Assembly: GCA_044345355.1 (NCBI GenBank) | Contig: JBIJBG010000001.1 | Span: forward strand, 1 to 62,295 | DNA length: 62,295 bases | Reading direction: 5' to 3' | Source of the DNA: Flavobacteriales bacterium | GTDB lineage: Bacteria > Bacteroidota > Bacteroidia > CAIKAF01 | Shown: positions 47,293 through 58,500 of the stretch, piece by piece | Position numbering within the stretch: position 1 is the stretch's first letter | Layout: every line of letters begins with the position of its first letter | Notes under the pieces: generated by a model | The model's database searches: none | Told to the model about the DNA's origin: nothing | What the model saw: only the letters and a program-made list of their open reading frames with translations | Program-made: the position numbers and the translations under genes

Positions 47293-50200
47293 TTACGGTT
47301 TATTGAAGAACTCCGTTACTTTTTGGCGGTAATACGGCTTTAAAGCTGCGGGAACCGTACGAAGCATCTCCGCCTGTTTTTCTTTTTGACGGAGATACTC
47401 TTTGTATTGTTCCGCCTGCACCGGAAGGTCTGGTTTTCCTTCACGAGACTCCCTCTGTTCATCCATTTCCTGCTCACGAAGAGCGTTTTCTGCTTCCAGC
47501 AACTTGATTTCAATCTCTTTTTGACGTATCAGCATCTGTTGATTTAGGCGCTTATTGTATAAATCTGTTTCGTTTTCTTCCATTTTATTGATTAACTCTT
47601 GTGCCATACGTCGCTGTTGGCTATTTCCCAATTTTTCAGCCATTTCTTGCATTTTTTTACGGATCATTTCCTGTTCGGCTGCCATTTGGGCCAACTGTTT
47701 GCTCAATTCACCGTTATTTCCTTCCATGCCCGGTTTTTGGTTTTCGCCCGGCTTGGGTGTTTCTCCTTGTTTTTGCCGCATTTGTTCGGCCAGCTTTTTC
47801 ATCTGTTCACTCAATTTCTTTTGTTGTTCCTGCAATTTTTTCATTTCTCCCGGGCTGGGCATTCCTTCTCCCGGTTTTTTACAGGCCTTGTTTCCTTGCA
47901 TTTTCATCTGTGTATTCATCTGTGCATTTTCTATTGCTTCAGAAAGCATTAGGGCCAGATTGTTGATGGCGGTCATGCTGTATTGTTGTTTTATTAAGGC
48001 ACCCGGGATTTCCCGATCACTTAAATTTGAAACAGCGTCATCTATATTGCGCTTTATATCGGCAATTTCCTGATTTATGGATGCCTCAAGCTGGGGAATC
48101 CGCTTACTTAACGCAAAAAGGCTGTCTTCGATGATTTTACTGTCTACCTTCAGTTTTTGTTGTTTTTGTGCCAGCTCTTTGTATTTGGGAGAATTTGGAT
48201 TTGATTTTCGAAGAATCTCCATTAAATCTTCCTGGTCAAAAGAAAGCCGAACCAGGTTATTTAATATTTTCCGCAAAGACTCCAAATCTTCTTCGTTCTG
48301 ATTTTCTTCCATTTCCTGTTGCATTTGTTGAAGCTCTTGCGAAAGTTGCTCCATCTTTTCTCCGGCGGATTTTTGGTTCTGAGAGGCCTTTTTATTTTGC
48401 CCCTGATTTATTTGTTCAGATGCATCATTTTGATCCTTACTGATTTCTTTTTCTTGCTCTTCCGTGTTTTTCAATTCTTCCCGCTTATTTTCCAACGCTT
48501 CGTTTTTATTTTGCAAATCTTCCAGGTCTTTCCGAATTTCTTCAAACTGTTTGTTTACGTCTTCTTGTTTTTCTTTGAAAGCTTCTTGTTTTCCTTGGTC
48601 TGGTTTTTCCTGAGCGGTTTCTTTAGCCAATTCTTTTTGACGTTCGGCCGCCTGATTTAATTTTTCGATGATTTCCTGTAGTTTTTGGTCAAACTCCATT
48701 TGTTTGAACAGTTCCAGGGTTCGCTCAAGTTGCTTTTTCAGGTCTTCGCTTGAATATTCCATGTTTTTGAGCTGTTCCTGAATTTTATTTTTATCCTGCT
48801 CCCGCAAGAGCTTTTCTAATTCTTCCATGTGCTTTTTTAAGTCATCATTCATAAGCTCATCCAAAAGCTTCTGCATCTCTTTTTGTTTTTCTATTCTCTC
48901 TTCATCTTCTTTTTTAAAGGCATTTTCATCCCGGTTTCGTTTTTCATTTTCCTTTTTCAGGTCTTCTATTTTTTTCTCGAGCTCTTTCTGTTTTTTGAGC
49001 AGCTCTTCCATTTTTTTTCTGTCTTGCCAGTCCAGGCTTTTTTTCTGAAGCAGGCTTTTGTTTAACTCTCCGGACTCTTTTCTTATTTTCTCTGCTTTTC
49101 GAAGGCTTTCACTCAAATCAGCTTTGATGCTCTCTGCTGCTTTTTCGCTTTCTACATTAAGTTCATCTTCCCCGGGAACACGAAAGATCTTTTTCCCGGT
49201 GCGCGCGGCTTTTGCCCCATTTACTCCGTCATTATCATACACAGTAAAAAAGTAAACAATTTCATCTCCCGGTTCCGGGTTTAGTTCCGCAAAATTGAAT
49301 CGGTGAAAAAATACCTGCCGGGACGGAAATGCCGACAGAGAAACAGGCACAGAGATAAATACGGCCCCCCTTTCATCTTCTCCCGGCTTTTGTTTTCTGT
49401 AGTGGAAGGACAAGCCCCGAAAACCATGATCATCGGACACATCGCCCTTAAAATAGTAAACGGTCCGATAGAGGCTGTCTGCCGTTTCCTGCACTGCGAT
49501 AGATGGATATTCGTCGGGAATGACGGAAATCAGGTAGCTGTTTGTATCACTCCGGTTGCCATATCTGTTTTTTACGGTGACGGAGTAGGGTAGATTAGAT
49601 TTGGTGCGAATAGAATGCCGCACCTGGTTTTCGACAGGAGAAAAACGAAGAACAGAGTCCTTCAAAATCAAATAAAGAAGATCGGAATTTCGAGTTCCGA
49701 AAAACCATTCCAGTTTAGTACCTTCCGGAACGGTAAGGTCTCCCGATCCCGTAATGGTTTCATCCGGCTTGTTCAGGTAGCCCGGATAATTTAAGTTAAT
49801 TTTTAAAGAGCCCAGGGCGGCGGCCGGAACAACGTTTACCGTCCAGGACTCTGAATAAAAACCATCTGCCCAAAAAGAAAAGGTAAAGGACTTATTTACT
49901 TTTTTTACCGTGTGGGAGAAACGGTTTTTTCCTTCTGCGCTCATGCGAAACCGGGCACCGTCATATTCGATGAAAACGTTTTGTGGCAAAACGTCTCCTG
50001 AAAGCGAAACAGAAATGGGAAAATCCCGGTTTTCAGGAACGGAAAATCCAGAAGAAATCAACTGAAAATGAAAGGGCGCTTCCGGCTTAAATTCTTTTTC
50101 GTAATTAATTACCCGCTTCGTACCATCCTCAATTACCCCCGGAAAAGCAATCAATATGACGATCAAGACAGAAATGGGAATAAACGTCCATTTCAGGTAT

Positions 50201-50661
50201 TTTTTATTTTCGGAAAGATTAACTGCCGATGGAAAAGAAACCGGCCTAAGCTCCATAGTTTTTTGTTCTATAGCAGCTTCCAGCATATCTGCGTGTTCTG
50301 CACTTTCGGCCATTCGCCTCAGTTGCAAGGTGTTCAACAGTTTGTCCCTTACCTCAAAAAAATGAGTTCCCACAATTTGGGCGGCCTCTTCGTGGGAAAT
50401 AACACGGCCCAGACCGAACAGCTTAGACAGGGGTAATAAAACAAACCGAAAAAGAATAAAAAGAATTCCCGCCGAAAAACCGAAAAAAAGAAAGGCTCTT
50501 ATGGAAGTTGAAAATCGGCCGAAATATTCCGATGCCGTCACCGTCAAAAAAAGACTTAGCCCAAGACCGACGGCATAAATTCCACCCTTTATAAGTTGGT
50601 TTTTGTAATATTTTCGGATGAAGGCATCCAGCTTTTGTATGAGCAGATCGTAAGCAGACAT
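47293..50661 (-). CDS. Large membrane-anchored protein with ~600-aa K/E/Q-rich coiled-coil (DUF4175-like)
   Basis: 1122-aa ORF. The N-terminus has hydrophobic segments, followed by a beta-rich middle. The C-terminal half is a low-complexity charged heptad-like sequence. Confidence 0.72.
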   Translation of the reverse strand: MSAYDLLIQKLDAFIRKYYKNQLIKGGIYAVGLGLSLFLTVTASEYFGRFSTSIRAFLFFGFSAGILFILFRFVLLPLSKLFGLGRVISHEEAAQIVGTHFFEVRDKLLNTLQLRRMAESAEHADMLEAAIEQKTMELRPVSFPSAVNLSENKKYLKWTFIPISVLIVILIAFPGVIEDGTKRVINYEKEFKPEAPFHFQLISSGFSVPENRDFPISVSLSGDVLPQNVFIEYDGARFRMSAEGKNRFSHTVKKVNKSFTFSFWADGFYSESWTVNVVPAAALGSLKINLNYPGYLNKPDETITGSGDLTVPEGTKLEWFFGTRNSDLLYLILKDSVLRFSPVENQVRHSIRTKSNLPYSVTVKNRYGNRSDTNSYLISVIPDEYPSIAVQETADSLYRTVYYFKGDVSDDHGFRGLSFHYRKQKPGEDERGAVFISVPVSLSAFPSRQVFFHRFNFAELNPEPGDEIVYFFTVYDNDGVNGAKAARTGKKIFRVPGEDELNVESEKAAESIKADLSESLRKAEKIRKESGELNKSLLQKKSLDWQDRKKMEELLKKQKELEKKIEDLKKENEKRNRDENAFKKEDEERIEKQKEMQKLLDELMNDDLKKHMEELEKLLREQDKNKIQEQLKNMEYSSEDLKKQLERTLELFKQMEFDQKLQEIIEKLNQAAERQKELAKETAQEKPDQGKQEAFKEKQEDVNKQFEEIRKDLEDLQNKNEALENKREELKNTEEQEKEISKDQNDASEQINQGQNKKASQNQKSAGEKMEQLSQELQQMQQEMEENQNEEDLESLRKILNNLVRLSFDQEDLMEILRKSNPNSPKYKELAQKQQKLKVDSKIIEDSLFALSKRIPQLEASINQEIADIKRNIDDAVSNLSDREIPGALIKQQYSMTAINNLALMLSEAIENAQMNTQMKMQGNKACKKPGEGMPSPGEMKKLQEQQKKLSEQMKKLAEQMRQKQGETPKPGENQKPGMEGNNGELSKQLAQMAAEQEMIRKKMQEMAEKLGNSQQRRMAQELINKMEENETDLYNKRLNQQMLIRQKEIEIKLLEAENALREQEMDEQRESREGKPDLPVQAEQYKEYLRQKEKQAEMLRTVPAALKPYYRQKVTEFFNKP

Positions 50662-50741
50662 GATTAAAACAGCGAACTAATATACATCAGTACGTTCGTA
50701 TAAACGAAAGGTTCAGAAAAAAGGTACTTAATCTAAAAAAA

Positions 50742-51671
50742 TCAGGCAAGCACCATGTCTACGTGCATGAGATTTACAAATGCGTCTATTCGTTCTTCAA
50801 GCTCATTTTCTTTGATATTGAGTAATCGCTCTGTGCCAAATTTTTCTACGGTAAAAGAGGCCATGGCAGATCCATATATGATGGCGCGACGCATGTTTTC
50901 GAAAGAAATATCGTCGGTTGCGGCCATATAACCTATAAAACCGCCCGCAAAACTGTCACCGGCACCAGTGGGGTCAAAAACATCTTCCAGAGGAAGCGCC
51001 GGCGCAAAAAAGACCTTATTGTCGCGGAAAAGCAGGGCTCCGTTTTCACCTTTTTTAATGATGAGGTATTGAGGCCCCATTTTCATAATTTTTGCAGCAG
51101 CTTTCACTAAGGAATATTCCCCTGAAAGTAACCGCGCTTCTTCATCATTTATGGTGAGGACGTCTACTTTTTCCAACACTTTTTTAAGATCATCCATGGC
51201 CGTTTCCATCCAGAAGTTCATGGTGTCCATCACAACCAACTTGGGTCGGACTGCCATTTGTTCCAAAACGCGGAGTTGTAATTTGGGCATCAGGTTTCCG
51301 AGAAGTAGGTATTCTGCGCCGCGGAGGTGTTCGGGCACTGCCGGGTCAAAGTTGGCAAGAACGTTCAGTTGGGTGTCCAGCGTGTCCCTGGTGTTCATGT
51401 CGTTGTGGTAACGCCCCGCCCAAAAGAAGGATTTTTCTTCTTGTTTTATCTGCAATCCGTCAGTATTAATTTTGTGCCTGGCAAAGGTTCTGATGAACTC
51501 TTCGGGAAAGTCATCACCCACCACGGAAACAATGCTTACATGTGGGGTAAACCGTGAAGCGGCCAACCCCGCGTAAGTGGCGGCACCACCCACAACCCGA
51601 TCGGCTTTCCCGAAAGGGGTTTCCAGATTATCAAAAGCAACTGTACCAATGACGAGCAGAGAAGCGGACAT
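50742..51671 (-). CDS. PfkB family carbohydrate/nucleoside kinase
   Basis: MSASLLVIGTVAFD N-terminus and DPTGAGDSFAGGF ATP/anion-hole motif. I prefer ATG 51671. Confidence 0.85.
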   Translation of the reverse strand: MSASLLVIGTVAFDNLETPFGKADRVVGGAATYAGLAASRFTPHVSIVSVVGDDFPEEFIRTFARHKINTDGLQIKQEEKSFFWAGRYHNDMNTRDTLDTQLNVLANFDPAVPEHLRGAEYLLLGNLMPKLQLRVLEQMAVRPKLVVMDTMNFWMETAMDDLKKVLEKVDVLTINDEEARLLSGEYSLVKAAAKIMKMGPQYLIIKKGENGALLFRDNKVFFAPALPLEDVFDPTGAGDSFAGGFIGYMAATDDISFENMRRAIIYGSAMASFTVEKFGTERLLNIKENELEERIDAFVNLMHVDMVLA

Positions 51672-51761
51672 ATAAAATTTTTTCCAAAGATATTGTTTTA
51701 TCAAATGGGGTACTTATCTTTGCAATCCGAAAAGAAAAACAGAGCGTTTTCTTAACGAAAT

Positions 51762-51835
51762 TCCTCCTTAGCTCAGCTGGTTAGAGCACATGACTGTTAA
51801 TCATGGGGTCCTAGGTTCAAGTCCTAGAGGGGGAG
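51762..51835 (+). tRNA. tRNA-Asn (anticodon GTT)
   Basis: I folded the cloverleaf by hand. The acceptor pairs TCCTCCT with AGGGGGA, the D-arm pairs GCTC with GAGC, and the T-arm pairs CTAGG with CCTAG around TTCAAGT. The anticodon stem pairs CATGA with TCATG, and its loop is CTGTTAA. 74 nt; CCA is not encoded. Confidence 0.93.
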
Positions 51836-51844
51836 CGACACTGG

Positions 51845-51870
51845 AAAAGCCATCAGAAATGATGGCTTTT
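51845..51870 (+). terminator. Intrinsic terminator after tRNA-Asn
   Basis: AAAAGCCATC-agaaat-GATGGCTTTT hairpin whose 3' arm ends in a T run (GATGGCTTTTCTGTTG). Confidence 0.7.
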
Positions 51871-51936
51871 CTGTTGTCTATCAGCAAGTCAGGGGTGTTG
51901 CATTTCGATGTGTTTTAAGGTAGCTTTAATGAAAAA

Positions 51937-52803
51937 ATGAGGTGTTTTCTATTAATTCTAATCATGTCAACAATGATAGATACAGTAAATGGGCTTCCTT
52001 CAATCGCAGATAAAAGCATCAATATTGATGGAATAAAGATTGCCTATAAAGACGAAGGAACCGGTCAAGTTATTTTGTGTCTTCACGCATTAGGACATAG
52101 CTCCAAAGACTTTATATCCCTCTATGAATTGCCTTTGGAAAAGTTCCGAATTATAGCTTTGGATTTTCCCGGTCATGGGCTATCCTCTGCATCTTCGGTT
52201 TCTGCATCTTCAAGCTTTTACTTTGGCTTAACGAACAAATTTATACAACTGTTGGATTTGAAAAACATCATTGTCGCTGGAAATTCTATTGGAGGTGCTG
52301 TGGCAATAAGACTTGCAAACAATAATGAAAATGTTAGATTACTCTGCTTAAGTAACCCGGCAGGGTTAGATAAAGGGGGATTTATTGCCCCATTCTTTTT
52401 GAACTATATGATTCATTTTTTTCAAAAAGGGGTGAATAAAAATCCTTCTTTTCAACAAAAATTTGAAAACTATTATAAAAAAGTGTTGATTACAAAAGCT
52501 TCATTGAATAGAAGAGCAGAAATTGTTAATGACGGGTATCGATTATCTCCCTTATTGGTTCAGGGGTGGTCTTCATTTAAATTAGATGAAGAAGATTTAA
52601 GGCCATTTATTAAAAATATTACCTGCCCGGTTTTATTTACTTGGGCAATGAAAGATAAGTTTGTTCAGTTTGGCAGAAATAAAAAAGCAATTGAACAATT
52701 TCACAAGTATACTTTATTAAAATATCCAATTGGGCATACACCTTATTTGGAAATGCCTGAAAAATTTAATTCTGACTTTATTGACTTCATAAATCATAAT
52801 TAA
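51937..52803 (+). CDS. Alpha/beta hydrolase fold protein (lower GC than surroundings)
   Basis: VILCLHALGHS, nucleophile elbow GNSIGG and a C-terminal GH (PIGHTPYLE). Confidence 0.8.
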   Translation: MRCFLLILIMSTMIDTVNGLPSIADKSINIDGIKIAYKDEGTGQVILCLHALGHSSKDFISLYELPLEKFRIIALDFPGHGLSSASSVSASSSFYFGLTNKFIQLLDLKNIIVAGNSIGGAVAIRLANNNENVRLLCLSNPAGLDKGGFIAPFFLNYMIHFFQKGVNKNPSFQQKFENYYKKVLITKASLNRRAEIVNDGYRLSPLLVQGWSSFKLDEEDLRPFIKNITCPVLFTWAMKDKFVQFGRNKKAIEQFHKYTLLKYPIGHTPYLEMPEKFNSDFIDFINHN

Positions 52804-53061
52804 AATATAGATATTAATTTAGATTATGATTTAACCTCGTGCCGGTTTACACGATGTTTATCAATTCAACTCATTGATAATCAAACATTTTATCATCTAA
52901 TTATAGCTGCATCTTTCGTTAATAACGGGAGCGAAGCCCGTCAGTAAGTGGGGTTTTTGCTTTTAACCCAAGAGGATGTAAACAACTTGCGATAAGTATA
53001 GAAATATAAAAAAGCAAAAAACGCAATTAAATTTTAATAACTTCGTTCAAAAGGAGTTAAG

Positions 53062-55419
53062 ATGAAAAGAATACTTTTTTCCCCAGTTTTTATTTTATTT
53101 CTGACGGCTTATTCACAAACCAAACTGCTGAAAACAGCCCTTCCGGGTCAGGCTCAGCCGGAGTATTTTCTTACCCGAGCAGAAAGGGAAGGCTGGAAAG
53201 AATTGATTTCGGAAAGAAAAGAATTTTCATCCACTTTTGAAAAGGGCAACCAAAAAATGGCCTACACCTCTTCGGTAAGGGTAAATTATTCTGATGCAAC
53301 CGGAAGCTTGATACCGGTTGACATACGGATTCAACCCTCATCAGAGGGCTGGAGCGCATTGAGCCATCCTTCGCCGGTACGAATATATTCTGACGCCTCA
53401 TTTTCCGTGGGAAATGAAAATATTCGGTATGCCAGAACTACAAGGGTGAATGGCCAAATGGCAGATCAAACACCGGCGGGGCGCCAGGACGGGCAATTTG
53501 TTTTTTTTGATGAATTGACACCGGGTGTTACAAAACAGCTTATTGCCGGCCATGGTAACGTGAAGTATAACTACATCATTCAATCGCTTCCGTCTAATTC
53601 TGCCAATGCCGCATTTTGGGAGGCAGAAGAAACGCTTTTTCTTCCGAAAGGATACCGCTTGGAAAAACAATCCTCGGAAAGAGAAGATGGTGCCCGGTTT
53701 CTGGTTTATGACGATCAGGGCCGTTTAAACGGCGGCATCCATCCCGTGGTTTGTTACGATGCCTCCGGAGTGGCATTTCCGGGCAATATGGAGGCCACGG
53801 GTAATTCGGACGGTATCGTAAGAATGGTTTTATCTGTTCCTTTTTCTTGGCTGAATGACCCCGCACGGGTATTTCCCGTAACGGTTGACCCCCTGGTAAC
53901 CGGACCAGCCACGACCTGGGGTGGAGGCAGCTTTCCTTCCTGTTTTTCCCCAAATTATTATTCAAATGCCACAATCGATGTAAGCATTCCTGCAGGAATA
54001 ACCGTTACGGCATTGAATCTTACGGCAAATTTTTATGCCAATCCGTTCAGTTCGTCCGTTATGGGCGACGGAAGAATGTTTTTCAGCACGGGCTGCGATT
54101 CAACCACCACATTTCAGGTAACCGGTGCAACCGCCGGCCAGCCTGGAACGGCATATCTGGATAATTTTGATCTGCAAAATCCCCTTTTGTGTTGTGTGCC
54201 CCAGTCTTGTTCTGCCGGCTCGGTTACGGTGAGAATGCACCTTACCCGGACAACCAACGGGGCCGCCTGTAATACGAATTTTATCTATTATGATGCCGCA
54301 TCTCTTTGGCCTTTTAGTGCTTACATAGAGGGGTATACCCCAGAAACGTATTCTTCTGAAATGGCTTTTCAGCCTAATTCGGTCTGTGCGGATGATTGCG
54401 ATGTGAATGCCCGTATTTTTGCCCGTTACGGTGTTCCTCCCTTTACGTTCACCCATCCATGGGGAACAACACAGGTGGATACGGGAAGTGCAAACGGGTG
54501 TTCTGTGGGTAATGCAGTCGGCATTGTACCATTGGCCATTCCCAATTGTCCTAATTTTTGTGATCCGGCAACTTCTCTTCAGGTTCCCGCACCGGTTGTT
54601 ACCGATGCCTGCGGAGCCCCGGTTGCTTTGTATGATCCGTTTTATTCATTGTCGGTAAAACCGGTGCCTGTTCTCACCCCGATTCAGGACACCGTTTTGG
54701 TTTGCTCTGATCAGGAAATTCAGGTCGGATGGACATCGTGTCTTCCCGGAGCGTCTATTTCCTGGTTTGGAAGCGGGCAGCAGGGAACCGGATTTTCCTT
54801 TACTGACACAATCACCAATTCAAACAGCAATCCTGAGCCGTACGCATTTATAGCCACTCCGAGCCTGAACGGATGTAGCGGGCCGGAGTCAGAAGTATAT
54901 GTTTTGGTTTATCCATATACAAACACCGCATTTACACTCGAGCCCGAAACGGTGGTGGTTAGCAGTCCGGTTACTTTTTCTGATCAGACACAATTAAATG
55001 GAAATGCGTCCACCGGATGGCAATGGACTTTTGGTGATGGGCAAACTTCGGATGTGCAAAATCCGCAACATACATACTCGGCGCCGGGTGAATATTCTGT
55101 TTGTCTGACCGTATGGACAGAATTGGATTGTTCTGAGGAATTTTGTGATACCCTGACTGTGGTTCCCGCAGATTTGGAATTGCCCAACATTGTAACTCCC
55201 AACGGAGATGCCGTTAATGATCTTCTGGAGGTTAAATACCTGCAATTTTACCCTGAAAATGAAATTAAGGTTTATAACCGTTGGGGAAACCTTGTTTTTG
55301 AAAAGAAAAACTACAAGAATGACTGGAACGCCCAGTCTGTAAGCGACGGGGTGTATTTTTATATAGTCAGCATCACCGGAGGAAAGGAATATTCACAGAT
55401 TTTGCATGTGACGAAATAG
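53062..55419 (+). CDS. Secreted PKD-domain protein with T9SS type B (gliding-motility-associated) C-terminal sorting domain
   Basis: Signal peptide. PKD-like WQWTFGDGQTSDVQNPQHTYSAPGEYSVCLTV. C-terminus LPNIVTPNGDAVNDLL...YNRWGNLVF...DGVYFYIV. Confidence 0.85.
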   Translation: MKRILFSPVFILFLTAYSQTKLLKTALPGQAQPEYFLTRAEREGWKELISERKEFSSTFEKGNQKMAYTSSVRVNYSDATGSLIPVDIRIQPSSEGWSALSHPSPVRIYSDASFSVGNENIRYARTTRVNGQMADQTPAGRQDGQFVFFDELTPGVTKQLIAGHGNVKYNYIIQSLPSNSANAAFWEAEETLFLPKGYRLEKQSSEREDGARFLVYDDQGRLNGGIHPVVCYDASGVAFPGNMEATGNSDGIVRMVLSVPFSWLNDPARVFPVTVDPLVTGPATTWGGGSFPSCFSPNYYSNATIDVSIPAGITVTALNLTANFYANPFSSSVMGDGRMFFSTGCDSTTTFQVTGATAGQPGTAYLDNFDLQNPLLCCVPQSCSAGSVTVRMHLTRTTNGAACNTNFIYYDAASLWPFSAYIEGYTPETYSSEMAFQPNSVCADDCDVNARIFARYGVPPFTFTHPWGTTQVDTGSANGCSVGNAVGIVPLAIPNCPNFCDPATSLQVPAPVVTDACGAPVALYDPFYSLSVKPVPVLTPIQDTVLVCSDQEIQVGWTSCLPGASISWFGSGQQGTGFSFTDTITNSNSNPEPYAFIATPSLNGCSGPESEVYVLVYPYTNTAFTLEPETVVVSSPVTFSDQTQLNGNASTGWQWTFGDGQTSDVQNPQHTYSAPGEYSVCLTVWTELDCSEEFCDTLTVVPADLELPNIVTPNGDAVNDLLEVKYLQFYPENEIKVYNRWGNLVFEKKNYKNDWNAQSVSDGVYFYIVSITGGKEYSQILHVTK

Positions 55420-55512
55420 AAACTGTCTGGCTTTTGTTATATAATTCTTGGTGCAAGGGCACAGCGAAGGGAATGGCCCCGTAAAAATTGTAATTTTTTG
55501 CGCGGAGATTTG

Positions 55513-58500
55513 CTATCTGGCTACTGTGACGGTACCACTCAACCGCTCCTGTTTTCCCGTGCAGTCAGTGTATGTAATTACCAAAAAATAAACCCCATCT
55601 GTTACATTGTCAGCGGACCACAAAATACTTTTGTTTTCCGAGCGATGAACAGGGGCGCCCCAACGATTAAAAATAGCGGCTTTAAAGTCCGTGGCAGAAA
55701 CAAACTGATCTTCAAGATCCAACAGGTCATTTACTCCGTCATTATTTGGTGTTATAATATTGGGCAGATCTTTCAGTGGGATGGAAAAACTTTGTTCCAC
55801 GGTAATCTCAAGAACCAGGGAATAGCATTGATCGGAAACGTTTACGGTGTAGTTGCCGGCGATTAAATTCTGTGCCAACGAGGTGTCAGGGGCTGCATTA
55901 TTGCTCCACAGAAAGGAGTAGGGCGGGGCACCCCCGGAAATGTTCAGCAAAATGGCGCCATCATTTCCAAGACAACTTTCTTGGGTTATTTCCGGGATTA
56001 CGGAAAGAGAAGAATCGGTGATGATGACCCCAACACTTAAGGAAACAGAGTCGGAGCACCCGGCAGAATCGGTAACCGATACAAGATAATCTCCTGCTGA
56101 AAGGCCGGATACGGATAGTGTATTTTGGGGTGGATTTAAATTCCATAGCACGTTCAGGGGACCTGTACCGCCGCTTACAGCCACCGCTGCCGTGCCGTTG
56201 GCGCTATTGCAATCAGCAGGGGTTACAGAACCGACAGAAACAGTAACAGGTGGCGGGGCGGATAGCGAAAAATTTATGGAGCCGGTGCAGTTTTCGGAAT
56301 CTGTTACCGTTACCACATAATTCCCCGGGGCTAAATTGTTTTGAGATGCCCCGGAAAAGTTCCCGGGCTGCCAAACATAGGAATAAGGAGCCGTTCCTCC
56401 GGACACGTTTACAGAGGCTGTTCCGTTGTTTTGTCCCGCACATATCGGGTTGGTTGTAGAAACTACGGTAACGGTAAGTCCGGGACAGTCTGTGCAGGGG
56501 AGCAGCTCGGAGAGGGTGTTTATCTGCACGAAATTCCCGTTTGCATCCACAAGCCTTATCGGAAAAGCAGCGGGTGGGTTAATGCTGTTTCCTGCAGCAA
56601 ATGGGCTCCATGCGGTAACGGTTTGTGCACATCCCGGGGGTAAAACACAGCCGAACAGGCAGGCACTGCAATCCTGTTGGGTTGTTTCCTGTCCCCAGGT
56701 ATAAGGGCCTCCGGCACCGCCCGAAGCTACAAGATTTCCGTTGTCGTCTATGCACACCGCAGGCGGCGAACAGTTGTTAACCGTAATGATAATGGAATCG
56801 GCACCGCAGGTAGGAGCAGGATTTATGGTATAGTGAATTACATGGGTACCGGGTCCTGCCGTGGCTGGGTTAAATGTACCCGTAGCGGTATTTGTGATGC
56901 CCGGCCCGGTCCAGGTTCCGCCGGTTTGATTTACCGACAGGGTTATGGGCGCTGCGTCGCTGCATAAGGGAGGAACGGGAGTAATCTGTATGCAGTTAAG
57001 GCATACGGGAGGCGGCGGGGGACATGGGTTGAGTGTATTTATGGATGTGATGAAGTTATTTCCGCAGGCAACCACCTCTCCGTTGTAATTTAAAGCAACA
57101 TCATAAACCGCGGAAGGAGTATTGTACGAAGCAAGTAAATTCAGTGTCGGGCTGAATTTGTGCACCGCTGTGGCAGATCCCACGTACACGTTTCCGCAGG
57201 TATCTATCACCAATCCGCTGTTTCCTGGGGTGTTTCCGCCCACAAAAGGAACCAGGTTGCTTATGCCGCCCGGAATTCCGGCGGAATTAATTATGTTTCC
57301 TGAGTTTATGTTGCGTCGTTGAACGGAGTTTCCGTTCATGGTGTATAAAAAAGCATCATCAGCCGCTATGCCATGTATTCCCTGATTTGTTACCCCATAA
57401 TCGGGAATACCGTAACTAAAATTAAACCCGCTCGGTATTTGGAAAAGAGTGTTAAACCCGGGAGAAACGGCCCCAACAGAGTCCAGTGTCAAAAAAAAGA
57501 TGTTTTGATTCGGAGATGTGGCGATAGACCGAACTTCTTTTATGGTGGGTGGAAATCCTCCCGAGGAGTAGCCCACTTCCTTAAATCCGGATATGGCTCC
57601 GTTAACCAGGCTCAGCTCAAAAAGAACACCCCGGTAAGAACCAACATTAATTCCATTCGGCGCCCGCATACCTCCGCAATAAAGCTTGGTGTAGTCGCAA
57701 TTAAAGGCAAGGCTCCAAAATTCAATTTCAGGCGCGGGCCCGTTGTTGGCAGAAGTCCAGTCTACCGTGCCCGATGTGTTGATCTTTCTGATGGTCCCGC
57801 TGGTGCCCGTGGTTATGTAACTATTCCCCGCCAGGTCGGTTTTTAAAGTACCCACCCAATAGTTAGCCGTATCCCAAGGGGTGTTATAGGTCCATTGTAA
57901 AGCTCCTGAAGCGTTATATTTTCTTAGTCGCAAGGGGGAGTCTCCACCATACACATATACATTTCCGTTTTGGTCTGTTTCTGTTTCCCAAATTTTATTT
58001 GAGTTGGAAAAAGCATTAGGTGTCAGGGTCCAAGGATCTATAATGATGGTCTTTGTTTTATCATAACCACCCACTTTAAACCCGAACGTGTTGTTATAAA
58101 CGGAAAATGAAGAGAAAATGATATTGTCGGGCCTGTTTTGGTAAAAAGTAACCGGCTTTCGGTCGGTTATCGGGCCAAAAATGGTTTTTACCGTTAAGTT
58201 TTCGGAATCATCCTTGGTTAGGCGGTTTTTTTCCGTAACGGACATGCGAATATCCTCCGTATTTCCCCCGGGATGCACGACGAAAGCGTATTTCAACCCT
58301 CCGTTTGGATGAAAGGAATACTCCAGATCAATGTTTGGATAAATATTCGGGTATACCAATTTTTCATAAGCGCGAATACCCTCCCTATATCCGTGGTTTC
58401 GAGAGTTCTCTGTCGGGTAGGTGTGGGTGTCGGTCCTTTGGTTTTGCCCTTCGCAGCGGACCTCCGGATTCATTCCCTCAAAGGAAAAGTGAATTATTTC

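Noticed and set aside
47555-49255. Stack of plus-strand ORFs (60-172 aa, F/L/S/C-rich) inside the 47293-50661 gene
   Set aside because: They are antisense artefacts of the K/E/Q-rich coiled-coil coding sequence. GAA/AAG-rich codons read as TTC/CTT on the other strand. They are low-complexity and mutually overlapping.
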